A DNA stretch of 63,499 nucleotides, the filler included, from Olpidium bornovanus S191 (lineage: Eukaryota > Fungi > Olpidiomycota): NCBI GenBank assembly GCA_017911155.1. It is 26 parts of 26 records of this genome, joined end to end, with 100 filler letters (N's around TTAATTAATTAA, not from the genome) between each part and the next. Parts side by side here need not be neighbours in the genome. Positions count along the whole stretch, not along the records: positions 12,036 to 14,028 come from JAEFCI010008783.1; positions 14,129 to 15,670 come from JAEFCI010000972.1; positions 15,771 to 17,493 come from JAEFCI010004131.1; positions 17,594 to 22,097 come from JAEFCI010011041.1; positions 22,198 to 25,168 come from JAEFCI010001018.1; 21 more parts are not named here. One strand, written 5' to 3'. The stretch's first letter is position 1. Every line of letters starts with the position of its first letter. Shown here piece after piece: positions 12,482-23,608 of this stretch. A program made the position numbers and the translations under genes. Below the pieces are notes generated by a model that searched no databases, was not told the origin of the DNA, and saw only the letters and a list, made by a program, of their open reading frames with translations.

Positions 12482-13879
12482 TCAATATATATCTAGGTTG
12501 CTTTCGAAATAAAAGCCTTCCTGCGCAGCCCACACGGTTTCCCTGCCGGCACTCTTCGCCGCGCTGACCTCCAGCTGACCGGGAATGGGATGTGAATACA
12601 CATGCCGCGGGGATGCGGAAAGGTGGAGCCCGGTCGAAACGTGGTAAAGAGCCACGGGACCCTCGCGGGTCCAGTGTGTGTCAGTGGTATTCTGGCAGAC
12701 GATTTTCCAATTGTCGTCTGCGTTATTGCGCGGTCATTCGGGAAAATTTTGTTTCGGGTAGTCGCGGTCAGTCGACCAGAACGCGAAGCGTGAAATGGGG
12801 CTTGCGCTCTGACAGAGAAAAAATCATTCTACGGCTTACCTTTGTTCTCGCCTTCAAACGCGCTTACCTCTTGCTGGCGCGAAAGCGGCGATTGGTGCAA
12901 GTGGGAGTGCAGCAGGCGGCCCGTATTTACGTGGAGTAGCCGCACGATGCCGCCGCACGGCACCGGTTCACTGAGGAGAGAAGGGGAGGGGGGACAAAAG
13001 AACAGGCTGGTTCGTCAGAGTCGCGTTTTTGGCCGAGGGACATTGGGCGGAAAATCACAAGAATCCCGTCGGGTGGGGAGGGAAATTTGAACCCAATGAA
13101 AAAACAACATCACGGAGATAGGTCGGTCTCGGATATGCCATCAAGCTGGTGCGACCCACCCTCTCCGGCAGTCCTTGCCGTGTTCGGCCTTGAGCTTCCA
13201 AAGGCTGTTTGGATCGTCGACCTCGGCGAACCCTGTCACGGACTGCTGGCGGCTTCCCGAGCCTGCACTTTTCCATGGCGGCAAAGTCGGCAGGTGAAAC
13301 GCAACTATTTAACCTGGTCATCCCCGCAACTCGTGCCCCTCCCTCCTCCAAACGCCCCCCCCCACGATCTTGGGGAGCCCGACGTAGGCGACGTATCGGC
13401 GATGTGCACCGCTTCGCGGGGGTGCAAACCGGGAATCAATACCGGCTCTTACCATACGCCACGCCGTGAGAATGCAACTGTGGCGGGTGTGGCCAAGCAC
13501 GTGGAACCATGGTATTAGCCCAGCGAACTCTTCAAAAATTGACGCAAAAAAACGGTGCCCCTGGATGTTCACCCGCCTTGTACCCGGTCAGCAACTGTGT
13601 GAGTTTGAAAAAGCTCCCGCAGGTCACCTTCTGAAAACCTGAAGTGCGTGACGGGGCGGGCACGTTCTCCGCCGTCAGAACAGCAGTGGTCGCGAGGGGA
13701 AGCAAGTTGGCGACGGCGAATCGGTGGGAAAGGAGGGGGCCAGGCCAGCAAGACGCTTATTCTCTGCCACCTGGATCAAGCTCGGGCGCGTCTTCCCCGT
13801 CACCAGCTTGCTTTGCGCCGGCGGCCCCGGCAGCATAAAGCGCGACCAGCAGGAGAGCGATCAGCGACTTCCGGGGCAT
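12482..13879 (-). CDS. SDF2: SDF2-like ER lumenal MIR-domain protein, complete, 6 exons (13879-13771, 13638-13577, 13477-13453, 13262-13160, 12970-12840, ~12717-12482)
   Basis: Signal peptide MPRKSLIALLLVALYAAGAAG; KVTCGSFFKL..TGYK|LHSHGVAYG|SGSRQQSVTGF..DDPNSLW; PVPCGGIVRLLHVNTGRLLHSHLHQSPLSRQQEVSAF; DDNWKIVC...W.A.EGFYF then stop. Three MIR motifs. Confidence 0.93.
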
Positions 13880-14129
13880 GGTTTCGGAGTTGGCCGGCCT
13901 TTTTTTTTTTTTTTTTTTTTTTGGTTGGGGGGGTGGGGGGTGCTTACCTTGAAGGGACCGTCCGAGATGATCCGGCATACTGAAATTCCGCTTTGTCAAA
14001 GTACGTCCTCCATTTTTGGCGGCGCGAGNNNNNNNNNNNNNNNNNNNNNNNNNNNNNNNNNNNNNNNNNNNNTTAATTAATTAANNNNNNNNNNNNNNNN
14101 NNNNNNNNNNNNNNNNNNNNNNNNNNNNC

Positions 14130-14340
14130 CATGGAGCTGGCAAAAGACGCCAAGACGTCAAAGAGATCCAAGCATCTTGATATAAGGTATTAACACCTCC
14201 GCCAATGCGTCCAGGACAAGTCCATCACGGTTGAGAGGATCGCGTCCGCGGAAACCCCGGCGGACATATTTACAAAGCCGCTGGACCAAATTAAATTCGT
14301 CAAATTTCGTGAAGCGCTCGGGATTCGCGATGCTACTTGA
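14130..14340 (+). mobile_element. Ty1/copia pol 3' end (RNase H) with an internal stop
   Basis: AKTSKRSKHLDIRY*HLRQCVQDKSITVERIASAETPADIFTKPLDQIKFVKFREALG*; premature TAA at 14191. Confidence 0.9.
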
Positions 14341-14448
14341 GGGCCAAGTTACACGTGAAACCGTCCGGGATAGAAAGCCGCAAAAGGAAAAGAAAGAAAT
14401 TTAGAGTGACTATAGAATAGATTGGCTAGTGTGCACAGTGAGGTGCGG

Positions 14449-14712
14449 TGTCGGGCCACAAGAGGGGAAACGTAGTTTGAAACTAAGAGGATTTCAGGGC
14501 ACCGCGCCCACTAGAGATTTACCCCTGAACTGCTCTCTATAAAAGCGGGTAGAACGCCTGAGTAGAACAGCTTCCAGGGAGGTTCTTCTGCCCATATCAG
14601 ACACAACCCCCCCCCCCCCATCGCGATTTGCGAGGAGAGCGCGGACGAAGCAGCGGAGAGGAACCGGATCGCAGACTACGCAATGTCGACCTTCCAATGG
14701 TCGTCGCCGACA
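14449..14712 (+). mobile_element. Probable 3' LTR of the copia element (~264 bp)
   Basis: Follows the pol stop and a purine-rich stretch. Termini TGTCGG...CCGACA form a 6-bp inverted repeat; internal TATAAAA at ~14538. Confidence 0.6.
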
Positions 14713-14850
14713 AGTCATCCAAAGGGAAAAAACAATGGAGCTGATGAGACTTCATGAGCTGGGAAGTGGCCGTGGATGTACCCAGATCGGCTGATCATAT
14801 GATTACGCTCTTGTCGCTGCGACTCACGCGCTGCTCAAAGCCGAAACGCG

Positions 14851-15068
14851 CGGTCGGAACGCACAATTTCCTGTTCAGTAAAGACAACACAAATAAATTT
14901 TTAATTGATGATGACAAACTTCGCGCGAGAGCATTTCTACAGAGCGGCGGGGCAAAAACGGTCGGAACGCACAACCTCCCGTTCACTAAAGACAGCACAA
15001 ACAAATTTTTATTGATAATGACAAACTTCAAGCGAAAGCATGTCTACAAAGCGGCAGGGCAAAAACGG
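14851..15068. repeat. Diverged tandem duplication, 2 x 108 bp
   Basis: Units start with cggtcggaacgcacaa at 14851 and 14959 and stay alignable to ...gggcaaaaacgg. Confidence 0.9.
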
Positions 15069-15240
15069 AGGAAAAGTAACCCGATACGGGAGAGAAGTGT
15101 GCTGCTAAGCGTGTCACACAAGTAAAATAACCCGGCTTTGGCGTTTTTTTTTGTTTCTTTTTTTTTAGTACTCGATTTGTTTAACTTTGCGGCACGCAAT
15201 CCGCGCATCCGCGCATCTCCTTCACCTCATTGTATTTGTT

Positions 15241-15630
15241 TTACTTTGCGGCGCGGAATCCGTGCATGTCCATCACCTCGTTGAACATAAGTTCTGCGCG
15301 GGAGAAAGGCGGAAAGTGTTAAATGCAAACGGGAACACCTCAGCTTTCGGCGTCCGTCCCTCAGGAAAGTACAGAAAATTTTAGATGGGAGGGTTGCGGG
15401 CGTTGCGGGTTTTACCCTGGGTGGGGGTGGGAAGGAGTTACCTTTCAGCTGCTCCTTGGTGGGCGTGCCCTTTTGCGTGTCGAAGTGGAAGAAATCCGGC
15501 TGGATGGGCTCGCATGTGGGCTCGTCCTCCTCGTCGTGGTACGAAGCGAGGTAAGGGTGCTTCAGCGCGTCCTCGACGGTAATCCGCTTCAGCGGGTTGA
15601 ATGCGAGAAGTTTCTCCAGCAGATCGATGG
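15241..15630 (-). CDS. Fus3/Kss1/ERK-type MAP kinase, last two exons (15630-15442, 15293-15241)
   Basis: [57 protein letters not shown]|ELMFNEV: the MAPK subdomain XI and common-docking region. Confidence 0.92.
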
Positions 15631-17179
15631 CTGTTCAGAGGCAGCGGATGATGATGATCAGCGGGGAAAGNNNNNNNNNNNNNNNNNNNNNNNNNNNNNN
15701 NNNNNNNNNNNNNNTTAATTAATTAANNNNNNNNNNNNNNNNNNNNNNNNNNNNNNNNNNNNNNNNNNNNACGGACTGAAAAGCATCGTGAGTTTTGAGA
15801 AAGGCAGGCGAACCGCAGCGCGCTCTTTGCGATTATTTGTGCGCATAATCAAATGCACTCGACCGCGGATGTATATTTCTCCTTTGGCATGTCCGACCAG
15901 GCGTTCCCCTGCATGTGAGCCGGGACTTCGGTGGGTATTTGCGCGGCGTGCTTTGGAGATACTGACTGCCGTTACCAAAGCTCCACAGGTATTTTTGGAT
16001 ATCCGCAATCCAAGGCGGCGGGGTAGGCCCTGAACACGGTTCGTCGGTGGCTTGACGAAAACCATTCGAAGGTTAGGGATGGGCAGCTTCGCGATTCTAA
16101 TTCGCCCATCCAACTTCTGACGAGAGCTATCATGTTACCATGCGTGCTCAGGTCGAAAGGGTCATCTTCTGCCTCTTCCTTGAGTCGGACGTGGGCATTT
16201 ACAACGAAATGTGTGCGAGAACCTATTTCCCACCTGCGGAGGACACGGAAGAGAGCTGATCCGACAGGGAGTGGTGGATTGTCGAAATGCTATTTACCCG
16301 TCTGCACGCGTGGCCATGGTTTATCAGACGCTGACGGCGAAGTGGTAAAGACTCACGCAGGTGTTCAACCCTGCGTTCCGGAGCTCACGTTCATATATTA
16401 TGAATATTTCATTTTGCCGACAAAGCACCTTGGGCTGGTACTTCTGTTGTAAAAAGAATGTCAAGGATGGCCCACCATTTACTTCGAAGCACTCAGTTAA
16501 GGAGCCAATGGTCCACAGAACAAAACGTTTTGCTCTTCGCGCTTCACGGGCCGTGCGCAGGTTTCGGTTTGCAGACGTGCCGAATCCTTTCGGTCGCTGG
16601 CCAATCGCCGTGCGACGACAAACGAAAAGGCGATCCGGTCGACGACCGAGGGCGAGAGGGCCGCAAAGAGACGCAAAATACAGGCAATCCTGCGGAAGTG
16701 CGTCTCCCCCTTCGCGCGCCTTTTTCAGCTGGAGGCGACTGGAAGCTTCGGCGGCAAAACAACTCCGATTCTCCACCGGCCTGGCTGCACCCGGCGATGT
16801 GGATGGAACGCGGCCGTGGACATGTGGATGCGACAACGACAAGCATTTTTTTCATTTTTCAGCAGGCGACGTCAGAGGAGTTCACTGCTGCGCCGGAAAG
16901 GATCGTTGGAAACGGCGAGCCTTCCATATTGGGACTATTTCTCTAAAAAAAAAAATTCTAAAAGGCCATTGGCGGAAGCGCGGCGCACACGGGTTGCGGT
17001 GCATCGAACGCATCCTCCTCCGCGTCCGGGAGTGCGCCCGACACGCAAGACGCACCGCAGCAGGTCAGAAGTGCAAAAAACGGCCACGCAACCGGAATCA
17101 TTGGGGCCCCCGCCGAGAAAATCAAGCAAAAGGCGGGCACGCTTTGACATGTCATATTTTCCACTTTTCTGGGAGTGAC

Positions 17180-17493
17180 CGGCAAAGAAGTTGACAGCTC
17201 TCGTCGACCTGTCGAAGTCGGCGTTCCGAACGCCCGGCGATCACATGGCCCGGCCGCGGCGGCGGCCCGGGGAAGGGAGGAGTAGGGGGCGGGGGTTGGA
17301 ATTTGAACGGCGGCGCGGCGCAGGGGAAGATGGGGCGGGCGAACCACGCGGCAGGTTTCCGAAGGTTGTCGCCGATGACGACGCCCCCTCCCCCTCCCTT
17401 CCCCGGGCCGCCGCCGCGGCCGGGCCATGTGATCGCCGGGCGTTCGGAACGCCGACTTCGACAGGTCGACGAGAGCTGTCAACTTCTTTGCCG
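17180..17493. repeat. Perfect 101-bp inverted repeat (17180-17280 / 17393-17493) ending at the contig end
   Basis: The arms are exact reverse complements around a 112-bp spacer. The ORF track gives the same peptide, MTALVDLSKSAFRTPGDHMARPRRRPGEGR, on both strands. Confidence 0.95.
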
Positions 17494-17608
17494 NNNNNNN
17501 NNNNNNNNNNNNNNNNNNNNNNNNNNNNNNNNNNNNNTTAATTAATTAANNNNNNNNNNNNNNNNNNNNNNNNNNNNNNNNNNNNNNNNNNNNGTGCCGG
17601 CAAGGCGG

Positions 17609-17653
<45 letters not shown>

Positions 17654-17799
17654 GCGCGCGAGCGGATCTCGCCTGGAGGGCGGCTTGGCGGTTGAGCGGG
17701 GTGGGGGGGAGTATTAATTCCGTCTTCTCGGGGTCCCTCTTCTCGGGCTTCCCCCCTCCCCCACCAGCATCTCCCGCGCGAAATGCTTCCCCCGGGGGT

Positions 17800-18429
17800 T
17801 CAGCGGAGGTCGTCGTCGCTTTCCCTCCCGCCGACGTCTAGCTCGCTGTCGTCGCCCCCCCCGGCGGCGTCCGGATCGGGCGGACCGGCCTTCGCCGGGG
17901 CCGCCGGGGCTTCGGCGGCGACGGCGCCGCCGCCTCCGCCGCCTCCGCCGCCGTCGCCGCCGTGGCCCGCGCCCGCGCCCCCGGCCGGCCGTCGGTTGTT
18001 GTGGTTGCTGTGGTGGTGCTGGTGCTGGTGCTGGTGCTGGTAGGACCTCCGGCGCTCCAGCGCCAGGGCCAGCGGCCACAGGCGGTCGCCCAACTGGACG
18101 ACGTAGGACCGCTTCTTCCGCGCGCGGCCGGCCGGCGCGGCCGCCGGCGGCGGGGCGCCCGCCCGCCGCTTGCGGGAGGAAGCCGGCGCGGCCGGTCCCC
18201 CCGCCGGCCCGGGAGAAGGGGGAGCGTCGGTCGGCCGGACGAAGAGCGGCTCCAGTCCGAGGTTCCTCCTCCGGCGGATCTCGGCGACCTCGGTGTCGGT
18301 GTCGGTGTCTTCGCCGCTCAGGGCCGGCGCGGCCGCGGCAGGGGCGGTGGCGGAGGCGGCCGCGGCGTCGGCCGGCGACGGCCGGTGCGCGCGAGCGCCG
18401 CCGCCGACGGATTCCGCGCACGCGTCCGG

Positions 18430-18466
<37 letters not shown>

Positions 18467-19993
18467 CGCCTTTCGGACATGCAGAGGGGCCGGCAAGGCG
18501 ACCTCGCCATGCGCGGCGTTTCGCCGAGCATCGGGCTCATCAGCGCGGGCGGCGACCTCAGCGCCGCGCGGAAAACGAGGTCGTCCGGACGACCCGCGGC
18601 GGCCAGGAGCAGCGGCTGTTGTTGGTGGTGGAGGTGGTGATGGTGGTGGTGCGACGACGGCCTCCAGCCGAAGGCGGAAGAAGCCGGAGGCGGTAGCAGA
18701 TGAGGATGTTGGTGGTGGTGGTGGTGATGAGGATGAAGATGTTGGGAGCGCCCGAAGGTGGAAGACGGGGAGGAAGGAGAAGGCGACGCCGATGGCGACG
18801 GCGGAGACGGAGAAGGCGCGGCGGGGAAGTACGAGTCCAGGTTGTCGTTCAGGAACGGCCCGAGGTTGCTAAGCAGCATGCACGTCGCGGCGAGCGCCCG
18901 CGCGCGCTCTAGCGGTATCCTGCGGGTGGAAGTCGGCAGTGGGAAAAAAAGTGTGAAAAAAAAGAAGGGCTAAACGAGTAAGAGGACGGGGGAAACAAGG
19001 AGCCTGGAAGTCTCCCTCCCTCTACCCCCCTTTTTGCTTCCGCCGGTCGCGTTACCCCACGTACCAGGTTCCGTTGAGCTCGCTGTCCTGTTTGCGGACG
19101 CGTATGCGCGCGGGCTCCAGGCTCAGCACCACGCTCCGTTCGTACCCGCCCATCTGGCCGGCCTGCAGGAGGGTCGTGCCGTTGACAAACCCGGAGTCCA
19201 CCCTCCGAAGCAGTTTAAAGGTCACCGGCTCGCCGCCGCCGTCCCCGCCGCCGGCGCCGGCGTCCGCCGCGGCGGCGGCCCTCTTCTCCCGCCCGGAGGA
19301 CCGTCTGGTGCCGCCGGGCCGGGGCTCGAGGTCGCTCTCGGCGGCGCTCTTCTTCTCCGCCCCTTTCGGGCTTTCGGGCGACGAGGAACCGGCGGCGGCG
19401 GCCCTCGTCTCGGTCACGTACGCCACGTACACGGGTATAGAGTCGACGAGGGTCATGAAAAGCGGAGGGTTTGTGGGCGCCGTCGTGCCCACGACGAACG
19501 GGCACGCCGGGAAAACGTCGGAGACCGGGAACGGCGGCGGGGGCTCCGCCGGCGCCGCGCCCGGCGCGGCGGAGGAGGAGTCGGTCCGGGTCGACACGTC
19601 CGAGTCCGACGTCTCGTGGACGGCTTCCGTGCTCTCGAGGGCGGCGAGGGCCGCCTTGGCGGCCCGGAACTCCGCATCGTTCTTCAGCTCCTCGTCCTCC
19701 CCCTCTTCCTCCTCCGCCTCTTCCTCTTCCTCGTCGCCGCCGTCGCCATCACGGTCGTCGGCCGCCGGGGGCCCGGGGCGTTCGCCCCTGGCGTTTATCC
19801 GCGCGCGACGCTCCTCGGCTTCCGACGACGGGGCCTTCGACCTTCTCGCGGGGCGGGAGGCTGCTGCGCCGTCTTCGTGCGGCGCCGACGGCCAGGCGGG
19901 GTCCGCGTGGCGACCCCCGCCTGTGGCGTCCGGGTCGCCGTCCTCCACGACGCCTTCGGAGCCGCCCTTCCTGCTCCTCTTGTCCCTCTTCAT
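17800..19993 (-). CDS. APSES/KilA-N DNA-binding domain protein (exons 19993-19065, 18919-17800) with poly-H/poly-Q tracts
   Basis: FKLLRRVDSGFVNGTTLLQAG..ERSVVLSLEPARIRVRKQDSELNGTW|IPLERARALAATC..LGPFLND: the KilA-N/APSES RR.D...VN.T and GTW.P...A..LA motifs are joined by a phase-2 GT-AG intron. The true start may lie further upstream. Confidence 0.85.
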
Positions 19994-20052
19994 TTCTCCC
20001 TTCCGCCCCCCCCTCCCCTCCCTCCGCGGCGGGGTGCACTTTCAGCAGCGCT

Positions 20053-20094
<42 letters not shown>

Positions 20095-20362
20095 ACTCTA
20101 TCTCTCGCCGACTATCTCCTCCGGTCAAAAGGAAACCCCCCGGCGGCGGCGATGCTGGCCGGACGCGTGTACCCAGAGATGGGAGGCTGGCTAGCGTGTA
20201 AGGTGCGACGGTCCCGCCGCCGACCTCGTCGCCGGCGTCGCCCGCGGTCGGCGCCTGTCACCGTCGGTCGTCGTCGGTCCCGCCTCCTCCTCGTAGCGTT
20301 GCTCCTCGACGCTCTTTTTTCGGTGTGGCGGAGCCGGAAAAAGGGGGGAAAAGGGGGGCCTG

Positions 20363-20399
<37 letters not shown>

Positions 20400-21991
20400 C
20401 ATTGGAATGCTTCATTTTGAGGTGCACTCGCGCGCAATTCCCTCCTCGGCCGTTCGGAACGGAAAACAAGCACTTTCCGGACGCACCTCGGTTTGTTGAG
20501 CCCCACTTCCCTCAGGAGACTAAACGGGCAAGCGGCCACCTCCAGTCTCGAGCTGCGTTTTATCTTTACTCGTTCTTCATTACCTCCGCCGGCGGGTTCG
20601 CGTGAGGGCGGGCGGCAACGTCTCGGAGGGTTTGGGCGACGGAAGACGGAACGAAGCCAAACGTCATATGAAACTCCGCCCCTGTTCCCCGGAGGGTGAA
20701 AAAATATATATATATATATATATAAAAGCCCATCGCTTCGGCCGAACGAACGCCGAGAGAACCGCCGCCGCCGCCGCCGCCCGATGGTCGCCAACTCGTC
20801 CGCCGGAACAGAGGCCCCGCCCCCCGCTCGCGCTCTCGTTCGTTCAACGCAACCTTGGTGAAATTCCCTCCCCGGGTTCACCCCCTACGTCCTCCTCTGG
20901 ACGGAATTTGTCATGAAACCCTGCGGGAATTCCGTTGGAAGTCCTACGGGAAAACCTGTGGAACACATTTTATTGTAGCGTGGCATGTTATTACCCACAT
21001 GCAGTTCCGGGTGTATGGGGACTTTGACAGAAACGTTTGCGTCTGTTTTGATCGAACAAGTTGCCCGATATTATTATCAATAATAATAATAATAATATTA
21101 AAAATGTTCAGGTGAGTTGTCTCCTTTTCTTTTACTATTTCCAGCGCCCAGTTCCAAGCTAGCTGACCCCACACCTGCCAAAAAAGTCCACCGACAAAGG
21201 GATGGGCACGCAACGCGGAGAAGATCTGTGCTTGCAAAAAAAAAATTAGCTTTTTTCCGGATTCCAAATCAGATTATATTTTCCACTAACATAAGATATT
21301 TAGCTTTGGTGCAATCCCATTTACACTGTCACATCTATCCCCAATATATGGTAACGCACTTAACATCGAAATCTCAGTTTGGTTCGTCGTCTTCTTTTCC
21401 CGTGGAAATTGTCCCGCTGGTCTAGTAAAATCGATCTGGATGGCAACTGGGCGTTGCCTGTTGCCCCGTTCCTGGGAACTGCCGTTCGCGAACTGTGCGC
21501 GACGTGAACTGCCGGCAGCCCCCGTCCATCCGTCAACAACTGGCATGTTCACCAGGGGACGAAAGGGAGCTGTGGGAGAGCCGGTTTTCCGGTTCGCGCT
21601 ATGACGATGTTCCAACTGCGCGTCCGGAAACTCCAACGCAGAGCCTACCAATCATCGTACCCTCATCGCACTCGCAAACATTGATAACGCACGCGCACCC
21701 TCAAGACGCAGTATTGCGATTGGACGGCGTGGCGGCGCCACAAAATAGTCGGGAACTGTTTGGGCCGTCCCAACAAGCAGCGACAGTGCACTGGCAGTTG
21801 CCGACGCCTTCAGAGCTATGGAGGCGCGTGACACACATCAGGGTGCAGGCCAGCATTCAACACAGTGAGCACGCACATTGTCACCGCCGTCCGGCTGCCA
21901 TTTGATAGCGTCAATTCCCCGTTCCTCCTCTTCTCCGGGAAAAGGGATTGGAGACGGAAAATGTTTTCTATTTTTTTTTATTTTTTATTTT

Positions 21992-22025
<34 letters not shown>

Positions 22026-22047
22026 GGGGGGGGGCCCAAAAAACAAA

Positions 22048-22094
<47 letters not shown>

Positions 22095-22356
22095 CAANNN
22101 NNNNNNNNNNNNNNNNNNNNNNNNNNNNNNNNNNNNNNNNNTTAATTAATTAANNNNNNNNNNNNNNNNNNNNNNNNNNNNNNNNNNNNNNNNNNNNCTC
22201 CTGTTTCCCGGTAGGACACGCCGTTCAGGGAGTTTCCCAGGACGAAAGCAATTGCGTCGTTTTTTATTTTGCAGAATTCGTCTAGTCGAGTCCAATAATG
22301 TGTGGCACGCTGATCATGTTCCGTCCCGCCGGGGGAAAATACTATTTTCGGCTTAG

Positions 22357-22866
22357 ATCCGGCGAAAGAAAACGAAGAGCAGCCGCGCTGCGTCACATCG
22401 GAAATGAATGTACGCGACGAAAAAAAAAAAATTACCGCGGTTGACGCCTTCTTCAGCCCCCCCCTTCCCTATTCTTTGTCGCTGTCCGCTGATGACGGGA
22501 TTTTTTTTGTTTTTTTTTTTTTTTGTTTCCGTTTCGCGTGCAAGTGGGAAGAAATTCTCAGCGAGTTGGGACCCGTCTGCGGCAAGCCCGCCGTCGTGGA
22601 GAGGGGCTCGCGGAACCCCGACCCCTTTGGCCCGACGATCCTCAACGGATGCGATGGGGTCATTTTTGAGGTGCGTGCGAAACTCTAATTTTTTTTAGTA
22701 TGTGCTCTTGTGTGAGCACGGAAAAACGCGAGTGGGCACGAAAAGCGGCCACCCCGTTCAAGGCCCTTCCCCTCCCGCCTCTTCCCCTTCGCCCCACTTC
22801 GACAAAAATGAAAACGACTTTCAGGTTACCAAACATGGGTATCTGGCGGCAGCCATGCTCTACTGA
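22357..22866 (+). CDS. PHAF1: PHAF1/UPF0183 (C16orf70) family protein, last exons (22357-22409, 22545-22670, 22825-22866)
   Basis: EMN|WEEILSELGPVCGKPAVVERGSRNPDPFGPTILNGCDGVIFE|VTKHGYLAAAMLY* parallels the family C-terminus KWD.I..LLG..V.KPVVL.R....NPFGST......IFEV..N.HIASVTLY. Confidence 0.72.
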
Positions 22867-23608
22867 AACCTGGGCGGAAACAAGATGCCGAATCCCCCCT
22901 TGGGCCCTTTTCGACGTCCCGGTTTCTTCGTTCTTTTTGTTGTGTGCGTCCACCTTGCTTTTCCTGGCGTTTTCCCCTCCCCCCCGCCCCCCCGCCTCGC
23001 CCATTTCCCCATATACACGGCGGTTTTGAGGGTCGCATTTCATCGCGGCCCACATCCCCGTTTCGTTTTGCGTGTCACATGCACTGGCATTTCTCGTGAA
23101 ATGAAACAAATCATGCTACTTTTTTTTGAAGGGAAAGGCGGATTCAGGTTTTGCCTTAGCTCCTCGTTCTTTGCGCGAAAAATTCCGCTTCCCATTCGGC
23201 AGAGCCGCGGAATTTCTCAGAGGACGCTGTTTTTTGGGTAGAGAGAAGCCGCCACCATGTTGTACGTGTTCGCATGCGGTTCGCCGTCACTTCGGGCACG
23301 CGGAGCGCGGTCGATTGGGCGAAGAGGCGGCCTTGCCTGCCCGGGTTGTGTTGCGCGCGGAGGAACCCCCAGTGAACCCGGAGGCAGCAGGGCGCGCCGC
23401 GTTTCAGTGCTCCCAAAAAAAGGCAGCTTGAGCGCGAAAACCGCGCGCTAGCGCCCGCCATGATATTCCAGTAGAAGATTTCCCATCTCTACGAGTAGGT
23501 GTTGAACGCGTTGCGCAAAATAACGTTCATGGCCACACTTTAATACGCGACCGGGGACCAAAAAAATACCGTTCGCCCCTAACCTGTATCCCCCCGCACC
23601 CCCCACCT

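Noticed and set aside
15771-17180. Multi-exon gene on the minus strand of this contig
   Set aside because: Splice-like signals and open stretches exist, but no consistent model or recognisable product could be built.
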